A stretch of 64,000 bases of DNA from Patescibacteria group bacterium (GTDB lineage Bacteria > Omnitrophota > Gorgyraeia > Gygaellales > Profunditerraquicolaceae). Position numbers and translations under genes: made by a program. The stretch's first letter is position 1. Every line of letters begins with the position of its first letter. Under the pieces are notes generated by a model. That model was given only the letters and a program-made list of their open reading frames with translations, searched no databases and was not told the origin of the DNA. Shown here piece after piece: positions 49,302 through 60,007 of the stretch. The DNA lies in the NCBI GenBank assembly GCA_035506195.1, contig DATJPV010000023.1, positions 1,050 to 65,049 on the forward strand. The letters run 5' to 3'.

Positions 49302-51770
49302 TTATCCGCCTCCCTTGAGTTTCTGCGCGCCTATCGAATCTATCCGCTCCTGGGCGTATTTCGATTCCGGAGCGCCCATCGCAACGATCTTCTGGTAAAT
49401 CGTAAGTGCCTCCGGGAAATTCCCCTTGCTTTCGTAGATCGAAGCCACCCTCAATAAGGACCTAACGTTCAAATCGCCGTTATCGGGATACAGGTAGGTC
49501 ACCTGCAGATATTCCTGGATCGCTTCATCCGTTTTGCCCTGGGCCTCTCTGGTCTCGGCGATCTTGAACTGAAGGTGCGCCATTTCCTTCACCGGAACCA
49601 GATCCAGGCTTTTACGGTAAAACGCCACTGCATCGTCGTATTTTCCGATTTTGCGGTAAGACTCGGCGATCTTGGGATAAATCAGGTGCGCAAGGTTCGC
49701 ATACTCCTTCAGGACGTCTTGATAGGTACCCAGCGCCAGTTCCATCTGGTTCTGTTTCGCATAGATATCGGCGACGGCAATCAAGGCGGTAGCGGCAAGA
49801 TCGGATTTGGCCTGCTCCCTGACCTTATTGAAGTTGTCCAGCGCCGCCTGGTAGTCGGATTCCTCTTCGTAGATAGAGCCAAGCGCATAGCGGGCATCCG
49901 GCAGAAGGCTGCTATCGGGGAAATCTTTTATCAAAGATAAGAAATACTGCTTTGCCTGTTCTGCATCGTTGTGCCGGTAATAATACTCTCCTAGCCACCA
50001 GATAACCTCCGGGGTAAGCGTTGAAGAAGGATACTTGTCCCGCAGGAGCTTGAACCTTGCCATCGCCTCTTTTTCGTTGCCTGTCTGGTAATAGCAGTCG
50101 GCAATTTCATATTCCGATTTCTGCACCAATTCTGTGTCATTCGGATAGTTCTTGATGATCTCTTTGAAGACCTCGATCGCAGCGGGGAAATCCCCCAGAT
50201 TGAAAAGACTGGTCCCGCACAGGTATGCGGCCTGAGACTTAAGCTTGCTATCCTTGAATTCCCGGGGGAATCTTTCGAAGACTTCCCGACTGGCTTTGTA
50301 ATCTTCGCTTTGAAAATAGCTTAAGCCCAAAGCATAGGAAGCCTCATCAAGAAGTTTCGACTGAGGGAAATTGGTTTTCAAGCTCTGGAATGCGAGGATC
50401 GCGCCCGGATAGTTGCCTGATTTTAGCATCGTCAGCCCCAGCTGATATTGCACGTAATCGCCATACAGGCTGTCTGAATAATCTTTTAGTATCCCATCGT
50501 AGGTCTCGATGGCCTTGGGATAGTCGCCGGCATCCTGATAGGCATCCCCTATTTGGCAGAGGGTGGTGATCTTAATAATCTTGTCTTCGGTGCGCTGGGC
50601 CAGTTTTTGAAATTCTTCTATCGCTTTTTTGAACTCCCCCTCCTTTAGAAAAACCCAGGCCAGACCGTAATGCATCTTATCCACTATCTCGCGGGGCACT
50701 GTGCCGGGAGTCTTCTCCAGCGCCAGGGTATAAATATCTACGGCCTCTTTGTAGTTTCCCGCGTTGTAGAGTACATCGGCTTTGCCCAGATACGCCTGGC
50801 TTAAGACCACCGGATCCGAGGTCGCCGTGATGAGTTCCTCATACAAGGACTTTGCCGCCTCAAGCTGCTTGGTCTCAACCGCCAATATCGCCTTACCCAG
50901 AAGCAGCACCTCGCGGCTTGCCTTTTCCAAGGAGTCGGGGACAACGCCGGCAAACTCAGTCTCGCTTTCCTGGTAGCGCTTGAGCTTCAAGTAAGCCCAC
51001 CCCTTCCCCAGCTGCGAAAGGGAGTGCATCCGTTCATCCTTGGTGCTCAGGATGGCCTTGGCATACTCGTCTATCGACTCATTGAAATTATTCATGTAGT
51101 AATCTGCTTCGGCCAGGTAAAAATACAGGTAGGAAACTTTAGCGGTATCCTTGACATACGTCTTCAGGTACGCCACCGCACTCTCTTTCAACGCCGCATA
51201 TTCCTTGAGATTATAAAGACACTCGATGATCTTGAATTGCGCGTCCTGCACCAGGGCGTCTTTAGGAAAGCGGTTTTCTACGTTTTTGAAATTCGCCAGG
51301 GCGTCCGCAAAAGACTGTTCCTGGAACAGGCACCAGCCAAGGGAATAATATGCGGCCGCCAGATACGAAGACTGCGGAAAATTATCGATGATCTTCTTGT
51401 AGTATTCGGCGGCCTTGGAAAAGTTGTTGCCCCGGAAGTGCACCTCGGCGATCCAATAGTCAACCGCATCCTGAATATCCTTGGCAGCCGGCTGATTCTG
51501 AAGCCCTTCGAACTTGGCCAGGGCCTCCAGGAATTTCCCCTGATGGAAATAGCACTGCCCGGTAAGCAGGCTCGCCTGAGCTGCTAATGTCGAAGCCGGA
51601 TAATTGCTCATAAACCGGTCCAACAACTGCAGGCTCACATCGTAGAAGCCGTCGGCAAAGGCCTTGCGGGCGACAAAAAATGCCTCCTGCTCCTTGGATT
51701 CCTGAGCATACGAGGCACCCATGATCAGTGTTGCGCAAATAATAAGAAGGGAAATGATTCTAACCAGCAT
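49302..51770 (-). CDS. large secreted tetratricopeptide-repeat protein
   Basis: 822 aa. Signal peptide (cleavage near SYA-QE) followed by >15 TPR-like repeats throughout. Confidence 0.7.
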   Translation of the reverse strand: MLVRIISLLIICATLIMGASYAQESKEQEAFFVARKAFADGFYDVSLQLLDRFMSNYPASTLAAQASLLTGQCYFHQGKFLEALAKFEGLQNQPAAKDIQDAVDYWIAEVHFRGNNFSKAAEYYKKIIDNFPQSSYLAAAYYSLGWCLFQEQSFADALANFKNVENRFPKDALVQDAQFKIIECLYNLKEYAALKESAVAYLKTYVKDTAKVSYLYFYLAEADYYMNNFNESIDEYAKAILSTKDERMHSLSQLGKGWAYLKLKRYQESETEFAGVVPDSLEKASREVLLLGKAILAVETKQLEAAKSLYEELITATSDPVVLSQAYLGKADVLYNAGNYKEAVDIYTLALEKTPGTVPREIVDKMHYGLAWVFLKEGEFKKAIEEFQKLAQRTEDKIIKITTLCQIGDAYQDAGDYPKAIETYDGILKDYSDSLYGDYVQYQLGLTMLKSGNYPGAILAFQSLKTNFPQSKLLDEASYALGLSYFQSEDYKASREVFERFPREFKDSKLKSQAAYLCGTSLFNLGDFPAAIEVFKEIIKNYPNDTELVQKSEYEIADCYYQTGNEKEAMARFKLLRDKYPSSTLTPEVIWWLGEYYYRHNDAEQAKQYFLSLIKDFPDSSLLPDARYALGSIYEEESDYQAALDNFNKVREQAKSDLAATALIAVADIYAKQNQMELALGTYQDVLKEYANLAHLIYPKIAESYRKIGKYDDAVAFYRKSLDLVPVKEMAHLQFKIAETREAQGKTDEAIQEYLQVTYLYPDNGDLNVRSLLRVASIYESKGNFPEALTIYQKIVAMGAPESKYAQERIDSIGAQKLKGGG

Positions 51771-51796
51771 AATCAGTGTATCCTACCACAGGGTAT

Positions 51797-54589
51797 CTAG
51801 CCGTTCAATACCTTTTTCAGGAACACGGCGGTATAGGAATCACGGTTATCGAGTATTTCTTCGGGAGCCCCGCTTGCCACCACCTGCCCGCCCCTGTCTC
51901 CGCCCTCCGGCCCCAAGTCAATGAGATAGTCGGCGCATTTGACCACCTCCAGGTTATGCTCGATGACCACAACGGTATTGCCTTTATCCACCAGCCTCTG
52001 GAGTACCGACAAAAGCTTTTCCACATCGGCAAAATGCAAACCCGTGGTCGGTTCGTCTAAAATATAAAGCGTCTTGCCGGTGGCGCGCTTGCTCAGCTCC
52101 GCGGAAAGCTTGACCCGCTGGGCCTCGCCGCCGGAAAGAGTAGTGGCGGATTGCCCCAATTGCATATACCCCAGCCCTACGTCATAAAGCGTCATCAGCG
52201 TATTCCTGATGCCGGGGATGTTACTGAATAAACCCATCGCCTCTTCGATGGTCATCTCAAGAACGTCGGCGATGGACTTGCCTTTATAACAGACCTCAAG
52301 CGTCGCCTCGTTAAAGCGCCTGCCCTTGCAGATATCGCACTTGACGTAGACATCCGGCAGGAAATGCATCTCTATTTTTTTAATCCCGTCCCCGCCGCAG
52401 GCTTCGCAACGCCCGCCTTTGACATTGAAGGAAAACCTCCCCGGCTTGTAGCCGTGCATCCGCGCTTCCGGTATCTTGCTGAAGAGGTCCCTGATATGGC
52501 TGTATATGCCCGTGTAGGTAGCAGGGTTGGAGCGAGGGGTCCTGCCGATGGGAGATTGATCAACTTCAATGACCTTATCGATATATTCGGCGCCGACCAG
52601 CTTCTGGTAAAGGCCGGGCTTCTCTTTTGCTTTATACAATCTCTGCATAAGGCTGCGATACAGAATCTCATCGACCAGGGTGGATTTTCCCGACCCCGAG
52701 ACTCCCGTCACGCATACGAATACCCCCAGGGGAAACTTGACGTCGATATTCTTAAGATTATGTTCCCGCGCCCCCTTGATCTCCAGAACCTTCTTCTGGT
52801 CATGCGGCCTTCTCTGTGCCGGCACCGGGATACGCAATTGTTTCCTCAGGTACCGGGCAGTAAGCGACTGCTGATTCTGCAGCAGGTCCGCCCGGGAGCC
52901 CGCAAAGACCACTTCTCCGCCGTGCCTGCCGGCGCCAGGGCCTAAATCCACGATGAAATCCGCGGTCATGATGGTTGATTCATCGTGCTCCACTATGATC
53001 AACGTATTACCGAGGTCCCGCAGGGTCTTTAAAGTCTGGATAAGCTTGACGTTATCCCGGGGGTGCAGGCCGATACTAGGCTCATCGAGGATATACAGCA
53101 CCCCTACCAACCCGGACCCCACCTGCGTAGCCAGGCGTATCCGCTGCGCCTCTCCTCCGGAAAGCGTCGAGCTTCTCCTGTCGAGCGTCAAATAATCAAG
53201 CCCGACGTCGATACAGAATTGCAGGCGCTGTAAGATCTCCTTGAGCACCTGATGCGCGATGAGCTTCTGTTTCTCGGATAATGAAAGGCGGCCGAAAAAA
53301 TCACGCGCTTGTTTTATCGGCATCCGAGATGCCTCGTGGATATTCTTGCCGTTGACGGTCACGGCAAGGCTTTCTTTTTTGAGCCGCGCGCCGCCGCAGG
53401 TAGGGCAAGGAAGGCTCGACATGAACCTGGATATCTCTTCTTTCAGGTAATCGCTGTCGGTCTGGCGGAAGAGCCTTTCCAGGTGCGGTAGCACTCCTTC
53501 AAAAGGCTTACCCCCTACCTCAACGTCGGTACCGTACAGAATGGCCTTTTGCACCTGACGGCTCAGCTTTTTAAAAGGAGTATCCAGGTCAAAGCCCATC
53601 TGGTGCGCAAGCTCGCGGATAAGCCAGCGATAATACAGGATGTAGCCCTTACCTCCGCGCTTCCAGGCTTCGATCGCCCCCTCATTGATCGTCTTATTCT
53701 TATCCGGCACGATGAAATCCGGATCGAATTCAAGCTTAGTCCCCAAGCCGTGGCAGTCGGGGCAGGCCCCGTAGGGGGAATTGAACGAGAATATGCGGGG
53801 TTCGACTTCCGGGTAGCTGATGCCGCACTGGGCGCAGGCATATTGTTCGCTAAAAACCAGATCGCGCTCCCGGACGTGGACAATGACGATGCCCTTGCCT
53901 GTTTTTAGCGCCGTCTCAACGGAATCGGTAAGGCGCTTCTTGATCTCGGGTTTAATGCTTAAACGGTCGACAACGACCTCGATATTGTGGACCTTGTATT
54001 TCTGGAGCTTTATCTTATCCGGCAGCTCATATATGCGGCCATCGATGCGGCAGCGCACAAAGCCTGCCTTCTGGATCTGGTTCAATATATCCCGGTACTC
54101 CCCTTTCCTGCCCCGGACCAGCGGCGCCAAAACCTGGATATCGCTTGCCGGCGGTAATGCCATGATCCGTTCAACGATCTCCTGCACGCTCTGCCGCTCT
54201 ATGGGCTGGCCGCACCGGTAGCAGGCGATACTCCCAACGCGGGCGTAAAGGAGCCGCAGGTAATCGTAGATCTCCGTCTGCGTGGCCACGGTAGAGCGGG
54301 GATTGCCTCCGGCCGTCCTCTGCTCGATGGCGATTGCCGGCGACAGGCCCTCGATGTATTCGACGTCAGGCTTCTGCAGCTGCTCTAAAAACTGGCGCGC
54401 GTACGCCGACAGGCTTTCCACATAGCGCCTCTGCCCTTCGGCATAAATAGTATCAAAGGCAAGGCTGGATTTGCCGGAGCCGGAAAGTCCGGTAACGACA
54501 ATAAGCTTATTACGGGGCAGCTTCAGATTTATATTTTTGAGGTTGTGTTCTTTGGCGCCTTTTATGACTATATATTCTTCCATGTGCAA
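51797..54589 (-). CDS. uvrA: excinuclease ABC subunit A
   Basis: 930 aa. Two ABC modules ([20 protein letters not shown]) and zinc fingers (CPDC...CGG, CEAC...C). Confidence 0.96.
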   Translation of the reverse strand: MHMEEYIVIKGAKEHNLKNINLKLPRNKLIVVTGLSGSGKSSLAFDTIYAEGQRRYVESLSAYARQFLEQLQKPDVEYIEGLSPAIAIEQRTAGGNPRSTVATQTEIYDYLRLLYARVGSIACYRCGQPIERQSVQEIVERIMALPPASDIQVLAPLVRGRKGEYRDILNQIQKAGFVRCRIDGRIYELPDKIKLQKYKVHNIEVVVDRLSIKPEIKKRLTDSVETALKTGKGIVIVHVRERDLVFSEQYACAQCGISYPEVEPRIFSFNSPYGACPDCHGLGTKLEFDPDFIVPDKNKTINEGAIEAWKRGGKGYILYYRWLIRELAHQMGFDLDTPFKKLSRQVQKAILYGTDVEVGGKPFEGVLPHLERLFRQTDSDYLKEEISRFMSSLPCPTCGGARLKKESLAVTVNGKNIHEASRMPIKQARDFFGRLSLSEKQKLIAHQVLKEILQRLQFCIDVGLDYLTLDRRSSTLSGGEAQRIRLATQVGSGLVGVLYILDEPSIGLHPRDNVKLIQTLKTLRDLGNTLIIVEHDESTIMTADFIVDLGPGAGRHGGEVVFAGSRADLLQNQQSLTARYLRKQLRIPVPAQRRPHDQKKVLEIKGAREHNLKNIDVKFPLGVFVCVTGVSGSGKSTLVDEILYRSLMQRLYKAKEKPGLYQKLVGAEYIDKVIEVDQSPIGRTPRSNPATYTGIYSHIRDLFSKIPEARMHGYKPGRFSFNVKGGRCEACGGDGIKKIEMHFLPDVYVKCDICKGRRFNEATLEVCYKGKSIADVLEMTIEEAMGLFSNIPGIRNTLMTLYDVGLGYMQLGQSATTLSGGEAQRVKLSAELSKRATGKTLYILDEPTTGLHFADVEKLLSVLQRLVDKGNTVVVIEHNLEVVKCADYLIDLGPEGGDRGGQVVASGAPEEILDNRDSYTAVFLKKVLNG

Positions 54590-54594
54590 AGGAT

Positions 54595-56418
54595 TTATGG
54601 TACGGCGTTCAATGCCTGCCAGGCCTTATCGGCGTTATCGTATTGTTTGAGCTTTTCATAGATCACCGCCAGGTTGTAGAGCGCCCGTCGGTCAGACGGG
54701 TCCAGCGCACGCGCAGCCTTCAACGCCCGCACTGCCTGAGGATAGACCTGTAATTTTCCGAAGGAGATGCCCGCAAGTATGTACATCTGGGGCGTAGGGC
54801 CGGCGGCGAGTTCCTTACCGATTATTCCCAGCGCCTGGCTGAATTCGCCTAAGCGCATGAGCGCAATGATCTCTTTCTCCTTCGGAGAGAATGCGGGGTC
54901 AAGCTCATCCTTGAAGACCTGCCCCTGTTCCTGCGCCAGAAGTTTCAGGCGGCGGTTGGCCTGCCAGTAAAAATAATCCCGCTCCAGCGCTGCCGCATAA
55001 GCCCGACGGGCCCGATCATACTGTTTCATCGCCCGATAAATATCCCCAAGCTGTATATAGGTGACCAGGTTTTCCGGTTCGCGCCGCGCCGACTGCCTGG
55101 CTTCGGCCAAGGCTTGCGCATAGAAGCCCCGCTGGGCCAAGGCAGATATTAAGAACGACCGGGTAATAAAGCTTACGGAGGGCTCCATCAGGGCCAGATT
55201 ACGGCGATAGAACGGAAGCTCCTGCCTCCAGCCACCGGCGTTGGCGAAGGTAGAAAACCCATACCCGCATACAAGGGCAGCCGACAGTATGAGCAGGACG
55301 GTCATGCTGCGTATCCGCAGGAGCAGGTATGCGGCTACCAGGAAAACCCCCCATGATGCCAGGTACACCCAATGCTCTTCGGCCGCCAGTGACCCCGGGA
55401 ATTTATACATAAATCTTATTAGATACGACAGCATCAGGATGAACCAGGTGATCCCGGTAAAGACCGCATACTTTCTTTTTTTAAAAGCGAAAATGGTTAT
55501 CGCCGTCAGCGCTACCGCTAGGACTACTGCCGCAAAGGCCCCAGCTGACCAGTATCCCGATACCGGCTTGATCATGCGCAATACATGCAGCCCCTGCGGA
55601 GCGATCAGGAGGCTGAGGTATTCGCGGATAACGCTCCAAAAATTAAGTACGTCTCGCCCGATCCCGTAGCCGCCCTGCGGGGCTATCCAGACGGGGACAA
55701 GCACGGTAAGCCGCAAGGTAATATAGAGGGCGAAAAGGCTGGCAAAGGATATGCAATGAGACACTAGCGACCCCCTCGGGACTTTCGCTTTCATCCCGAT
55801 ACAGGCGATATACAAAGGAATAAGCGCAAGGAAGCCCGCCTCCCGGGATAATAGCGCACAGGCAAAACTGGCCAGAGAAAGCAAGTAATATGTTTTCTTC
55901 GAAGAAGCCGCATATGCGCTATAGGATAGCAGGCTCAGCAAGACCCATACCGCCAACAGCAGTTCGCCGCGGTCGGCGATATAACAGACTGTCTCGGTAT
56001 GCAGGGGGTGTACGCAGAACAAAAGCGCGCTCAATAATGCCAGCGAAAAACTTGAAAACACGCGATACACAAGGGCAAACCCCAGGAACGTGACCAAGGC
56101 ATGAATAAGGACGTTCGTCAGATGGTAGCCTGCCGGATTCAGCTTCCAGATGTGGTATTCCAAGGCGTACGACAGGCTCATCAGGGGCCGGTAATATTTG
56201 TACCCTTCGTCGAATACGGAAAATTTGAACAGGTCGGTGGAAAAAAGCAGCGGCGCCTTATGCCAGTCTTTGATGAGCTCGTTCTGGACTATCAGGAATT
56301 TATCGTCGGCGACAAAGTCTCCGCGCAACACCTGGCAATACAGGACGACGGCGAGGAACAAAAAAAACAAAAAAATATAAATACCGGGTATGTTCTTTTT
56401 CATCTGTGTTAAAAACAC
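54595..56418 (-). CDS. TMTC-like polytopic membrane protein with C-terminal TPR repeats (GT39/PMT-related putative glycosyltransferase)
   Basis: 607 aa. About 11 TM in the N-terminal 400 aa ([17 protein letters not shown]...). The C-terminal ~180 aa hold 4-5 TPRs. The track start is GTG 56418, with an alternative ATG at 56403. Confidence 0.6.
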   Translation of the reverse strand: MFLTQMKKNIPGIYIFLFFLFLAVVLYCQVLRGDFVADDKFLIVQNELIKDWHKAPLLFSTDLFKFSVFDEGYKYYRPLMSLSYALEYHIWKLNPAGYHLTNVLIHALVTFLGFALVYRVFSSFSLALLSALLFCVHPLHTETVCYIADRGELLLAVWVLLSLLSYSAYAASSKKTYYLLSLASFACALLSREAGFLALIPLYIACIGMKAKVPRGSLVSHCISFASLFALYITLRLTVLVPVWIAPQGGYGIGRDVLNFWSVIREYLSLLIAPQGLHVLRMIKPVSGYWSAGAFAAVVLAVALTAITIFAFKKRKYAVFTGITWFILMLSYLIRFMYKFPGSLAAEEHWVYLASWGVFLVAAYLLLRIRSMTVLLILSAALVCGYGFSTFANAGGWRQELPFYRRNLALMEPSVSFITRSFLISALAQRGFYAQALAEARQSARREPENLVTYIQLGDIYRAMKQYDRARRAYAAALERDYFYWQANRRLKLLAQEQGQVFKDELDPAFSPKEKEIIALMRLGEFSQALGIIGKELAAGPTPQMYILAGISFGKLQVYPQAVRALKAARALDPSDRRALYNLAVIYEKLKQYDNADKAWQALNAVP

Positions 56419-56458
56419 TGCCCTCTAACGATGAACCGCAGTACACAATTAGAGGGCA
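56419..56458 (-). terminator. hairpin (10-bp stem, 20-nt loop) followed by a T-tract between the mini-protein gene and the TMTC-like gene
   Basis: TGCCCTCTAA ...20 nt... TTAGAGGGCA, then GTGTTTTTAACAC on the minus strand. It abuts the TMTC-like start codon. Possible terminator or attenuator. Confidence 0.4.
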
Positions 56459-56478
56459 GGATTTTCTACCTTACTGTC

Positions 56479-56730
56479 TTATCTCTTTTTCTTTTTGCCG
56501 CCTCTTTTCATCTTGGCGCAGGACACGTCGCCTTTTTTGTCGATGAAATAGAGATAGCCCTCTTTCCTCTTGATGCCTAACTTCACGAGTTTTTTAGGGC
56601 TGCCGCCTTTTTTGCCGGCTCTGGCCATCTTGGCGCAGGACACGTCGCCCTGCTTATCAAGATAGTAAAGATACCCCTTTTCTCTCTTGACACCTGCCTT
56701 CGCTACTTTCTCTGCCATGTTATTCTTCAC
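56479..56730 (-). CDS. small basic protein built from two tandem ~35-aa repeats (hypothetical)
   Basis: 83 aa. Repeats AGVKREKGYLYYLDKQGDVSCAKMARAGKKGG / LGIKRKEGYLYFIDKKGDVSCAKMKRGGKKKK. The DNA repeat CATCTTGGCGCAGGACACGTCGCC occurs twice, about 107 nt apart. Strong SD GGAGGTGAAGAATAAC-ATG. Confidence 0.6.
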   Translation of the reverse strand: MKNNMAEKVAKAGVKREKGYLYYLDKQGDVSCAKMARAGKKGGSPKKLVKLGIKRKEGYLYFIDKKGDVSCAKMKRGGKKKKR

Positions 56731-56759
56731 CTCCTTCCCTCACTTGTTTAGTGACACGT

Positions 56760-57587
56760 CTATGTTCCGATATGCAACGGATACGCAATCTGCCTGACGC
56801 AGGCGATTGCCGATAAAACCGCCAGATAACTGGTTTTAGGATTAGCGGGATGAATGACATTTTCAGTCCGTACCGTCATCGTGCCGGCATCGGATTCTAT
56901 ATCTATCTGGTGGGTATTTTTAGATACCCTCGGCGAAGCAACGATGCGCACCCTGGTCTTGGCCGGCCCGATACCGGCGATACTCAAAATCGCAGCCACG
57001 TTGATATTCTGCGGGAAAGCTTTTATGGCGGCGTTGGCGCTGCCCTCGAAGAGCACGGCATCTTTCTTGATAGCTGCCAGGTCGATACGGGCACTGTGCA
57101 CATAGGCTACGCCGCGGAATGCCCGCGGCGGTTTTGTCGTAGTCAGGGTGACCTTTTTTATCTTGCCGCAGGCGCAGGCCTTCAGGCCGTCAAGGCCGCA
57201 TACCGCCCCCGAAGGGATAAAGATGCGGCATCCGCGCTCCTGCGCTAAGGCAATCAGTTCTTTATAGCCCTCGATGATCCCGCCGACGCTCATGATCATG
57301 ATATCGCGCGATGCGCGCAGCGTTTTTTCGGCAATGGCATACGCCGCACCGGCAGCAGCTGCTTCAATGATCAGATCCGAACGCGCAATCAGCGCCTCCA
57401 GGCTTGCTACCGCAAGCCTGCTCCTGCCGCAGGCCTTCGCCAGGAGAGCGGCCCTTGCGTTGTCCGTATCGTACACACCGCATAGCGCCCCTCGCGCAGG
57501 AAAGTATTCGGCGATATATTTTGCCAGCGAAGAACCGATAGCGCCGCATCCTGCTATTCCTATCTTTATTGTGCAGGCTCCCCTCAC
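56760..57587 (-). CDS. nadX: L-aspartate dehydrogenase
   Basis: 275 aa. N-terminal Rossmann IGIAGCGAIGS and NadX/DUF108-like C-terminal region. Confidence 0.7.
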   Translation of the reverse strand: MRGACTIKIGIAGCGAIGSSLAKYIAEYFPARGALCGVYDTDNARAALLAKACGRSRLAVASLEALIARSDLIIEAAAAGAAYAIAEKTLRASRDIMIMSVGGIIEGYKELIALAQERGCRIFIPSGAVCGLDGLKACACGKIKKVTLTTTKPPRAFRGVAYVHSARIDLAAIKKDAVLFEGSANAAIKAFPQNINVAAILSIAGIGPAKTRVRIVASPRVSKNTHQIDIESDAGTMTVRTENVIHPANPKTSYLAVLSAIACVRQIAYPLHIGT

Positions 57588-57591
57588 GTAT

Positions 57592-58437
57592 CTATCCTTT
57601 CAACTGGGCATTGTCGATGAGTCTGGTCTTGCCGATCCAGACCGCCAGGGCAAGCAGCGCCCCGCCTCTTATTTTCTTGACCGGTACCAGTCCGGAGGCA
57701 TCAACCAGCGTAATATAATCTATTTTTGACGGCTTGGCCGCCGCTACTATGTGCCGCACGCGCCTGAGGATGACATCGGCATCCCTGACCCCGGCATTGA
57801 CCAGCGCCTTCGCTTCGCCAATCCCCTGCGAAAGCGCAACCGCGCTCTTTCTTTCTCGCAAGTTAAGATACCGGTTCCGGGAACTTAATGCCAGGCCGTC
57901 CTTTTCGCGCACGATCGGCATCACCCTGATCTTGACGGCCAGATTCAGATCCGCGGCGATCCTGCGGATAATGAGCGCCTGCTGGGCATCTTTCTGCCCG
58001 AAATAGGCCACCGTCGGCCGCACGATGTTGAACAACTTGGTAACGACAGTTGCCACGCCCCGGAAATGCCCGGGCCGGAATGCTCCGCAAAGCCGCTGGC
58101 CAAGGTCCGCAGCCTCCACAAACGTCCCGTAACCTGCCGGGTACATCTGTTGCGCCGAAGGCAAAAAAATGAAATCGACGCCTGCCTTGCGGCATAGCCG
58201 GGCGTCGGCCGCCAGATCGCGGGGGTAACGGCTGAAATCCTCGTGCGCGCCGAATTGGGTCGGATTGACGAAGATGCTGACCACCACCCGCTCGTTTTCC
58301 CGGCGTGCCCGGCGGATAAGGCTCATGTGCCCCTCATGAAGCGCACCCATCGTCGGCACGAATCCCGTCGTACGAGCCTGGCGTAAAAGCTTCTCCGAAA
58401 TGGCCGACATATGCCTGACGCTGCGGATGATCTTCAT
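57592..58437 (-). CDS. panC: pantoate--beta-alanine ligase
   Basis: 281 aa; VPTMGALHEGHMSL, VSIFVNPTQF, PanC signature. Confidence 0.92.
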   Translation of the reverse strand: MKIIRSVRHMSAISEKLLRQARTTGFVPTMGALHEGHMSLIRRARRENERVVVSIFVNPTQFGAHEDFSRYPRDLAADARLCRKAGVDFIFLPSAQQMYPAGYGTFVEAADLGQRLCGAFRPGHFRGVATVVTKLFNIVRPTVAYFGQKDAQQALIIRRIAADLNLAVKIRVMPIVREKDGLALSSRNRYLNLRERKSAVALSQGIGEAKALVNAGVRDADVILRRVRHIVAAAKPSKIDYITLVDASGLVPVKKIRGGALLALAVWIGKTRLIDNAQLKG

Positions 58438-58838
58438 ATGACCTCTAGAAGCGGCTTAAGCACAAACGGCCGCTCAAACATCCTCGGGTGAGGGATGGTC
58501 AGCTGCGCGGCAGTAATGACCCTGGCGTCATAGAGCAAAATATCCAGATCAATGACCCGGGGCCCCCAACGGACGGTCTTGACCCTGCCTATTTTTTTCT
58601 CGATCGCCTTCAACTTCTTAAGCAGCGCAAAAGGAGAAAAACAAGTCTGAATCTTCAGCGCGGCATTCAAAAAATCCCCCTGAAGCAAGGGCCCGCCCAC
58701 GGCTTTGGTCCTGATGGGGCGCGACATCTTTATAATACGGGTGCCTGCCAAAGCGTTTATTTTTTGCACTGCCGCTACGATATGCCGGCGCCGATCCCCC
58801 AGGTTAGAACCGATGCTCAAATAACAAATAGCCATCAA
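58434..58838 (-). CDS. folK: 2-amino-4-hydroxy-6-hydroxymethyldihydropteridine diphosphokinase
   Basis: 134 aa; YLSIGSNLGDR...GPRVIDLDILLY, HPPK motifs. Confidence 0.88.
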   Translation of the reverse strand: MMAICYLSIGSNLGDRRRHIVAAVQKINALAGTRIIKMSRPIRTKAVGGPLLQGDFLNAALKIQTCFSPFALLKKLKAIEKKIGRVKTVRWGPRVIDLDILLYDARVITAAQLTIPHPRMFERPFVLKPLLEVI

Positions 58839-59995
58839 AGAATTTTCCGTAAACGCTCAGTCGCTTCTTTGATCCTTTCCTTAGATACGGTCAGCGCCAT
58901 GCGTATGTAGTTTTTGCCGTATGCTCCGAAACCCACGCCGGGAGTAACCACGATATTCGCCCTTTCAAGCAATAGCGAAGCGAATGTGAGGGAATTCGTC
59001 TTTTTGGGGGTCTTGAGCCAGAGATAAAAGGTGGCTTTGGGCGTATTGACGCAGAAACCCAACGAGTGCAGCCCCGTCACCAGCACATCCCGGCGCTCCT
59101 GATACAGCGCGCACATGTTCCGGATGTGCTCCTGAGGCCCCTGGAGGGCGGCAAGGCCGGCAATCTGCACCGCGGAAAATATCCCCGAATCGATATTGGA
59201 CTTTACCTTGGCGAGTGCTGCGACCAATTGTCCGTTACCGCAGGCCCAGCCGACGCGCCAACCGGTCATATTATATGTTTTGGACAGCGAATGGAATTCG
59301 ATCACGGTATCCCTGGCGCCCTCCAGCTCCAGGAGGCTGGATGGACGGTATCCGTCATATGCTATTTCGGAATATGCCAGATCCGAAATAATAATGAGCT
59401 TGTGCTTTTTCGCAAACGCGATAAGCTGGCAGTAAAAATCATTTTCCGCGACCGCGGAGGTAGGATTATTGGGGTAATTGACGTAGATAAGCCTGGCCTT
59501 CCTGCAGACAGCCGTAGGTATTTTTTTCAGGTCAGGCAAAAAACCGTTTTCTTCCCGCAGGCCCATTAGATACGGTTTCCCCCCGGCAAAAATGGTCCCG
59601 CCTTTATAGGGCGGATAGCACGGATCAGGCACGAGAGCATAATCGCCTGCGTTGAGCAACGCCAGCGGCAGGTGGGCAATGCCTTCTTTGGAGCCGATAA
59701 GCGGAATGATTTCGGTGTCCGGATTCAACGTCACCCCGAAACGGTTTTTATACCAGGCGGCCATCGCCTGGCGCAATGCGGGCATGCCTTGATCCAGGGC
59801 ATAGCGATGGTGCGCGGGGTCGCGGGCCGCCCCACAGAGGCTTTCGACAATATGGGCGGGCGTAGGCTGATCAGGATCCCCGATACCCAGGTCAATAATA
59901 TCCCTGCCTTCCTGCCTGGCTTTTCTTTTGGCCTTATCGATCTCGACGAATAAATACGGCGGTAAGCTCTGTAATCTTCCAGAAACCTTAAACAT
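58835..59995 (-). CDS. dapL: LL-diaminopimelate aminotransferase-like class I aminotransferase
   Basis: 386 aa; LPPYLFVEID, IGDPD, SLSKTYNMTGWRVG (PLP-lysine context). Adjacent to dapB and dapA. Confidence 0.7.
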   Translation of the reverse strand: MFKVSGRLQSLPPYLFVEIDKAKRKARQEGRDIIDLGIGDPDQPTPAHIVESLCGAARDPAHHRYALDQGMPALRQAMAAWYKNRFGVTLNPDTEIIPLIGSKEGIAHLPLALLNAGDYALVPDPCYPPYKGGTIFAGGKPYLMGLREENGFLPDLKKIPTAVCRKARLIYVNYPNNPTSAVAENDFYCQLIAFAKKHKLIIISDLAYSEIAYDGYRPSSLLELEGARDTVIEFHSLSKTYNMTGWRVGWACGNGQLVAALAKVKSNIDSGIFSAVQIAGLAALQGPQEHIRNMCALYQERRDVLVTGLHSLGFCVNTPKATFYLWLKTPKKTNSLTFASLLLERANIVVTPGVGFGAYGKNYIRMALTVSKERIKEATERLRKIL

Positions 59996-60007
59996 ACGTT
60001 AACCTCG

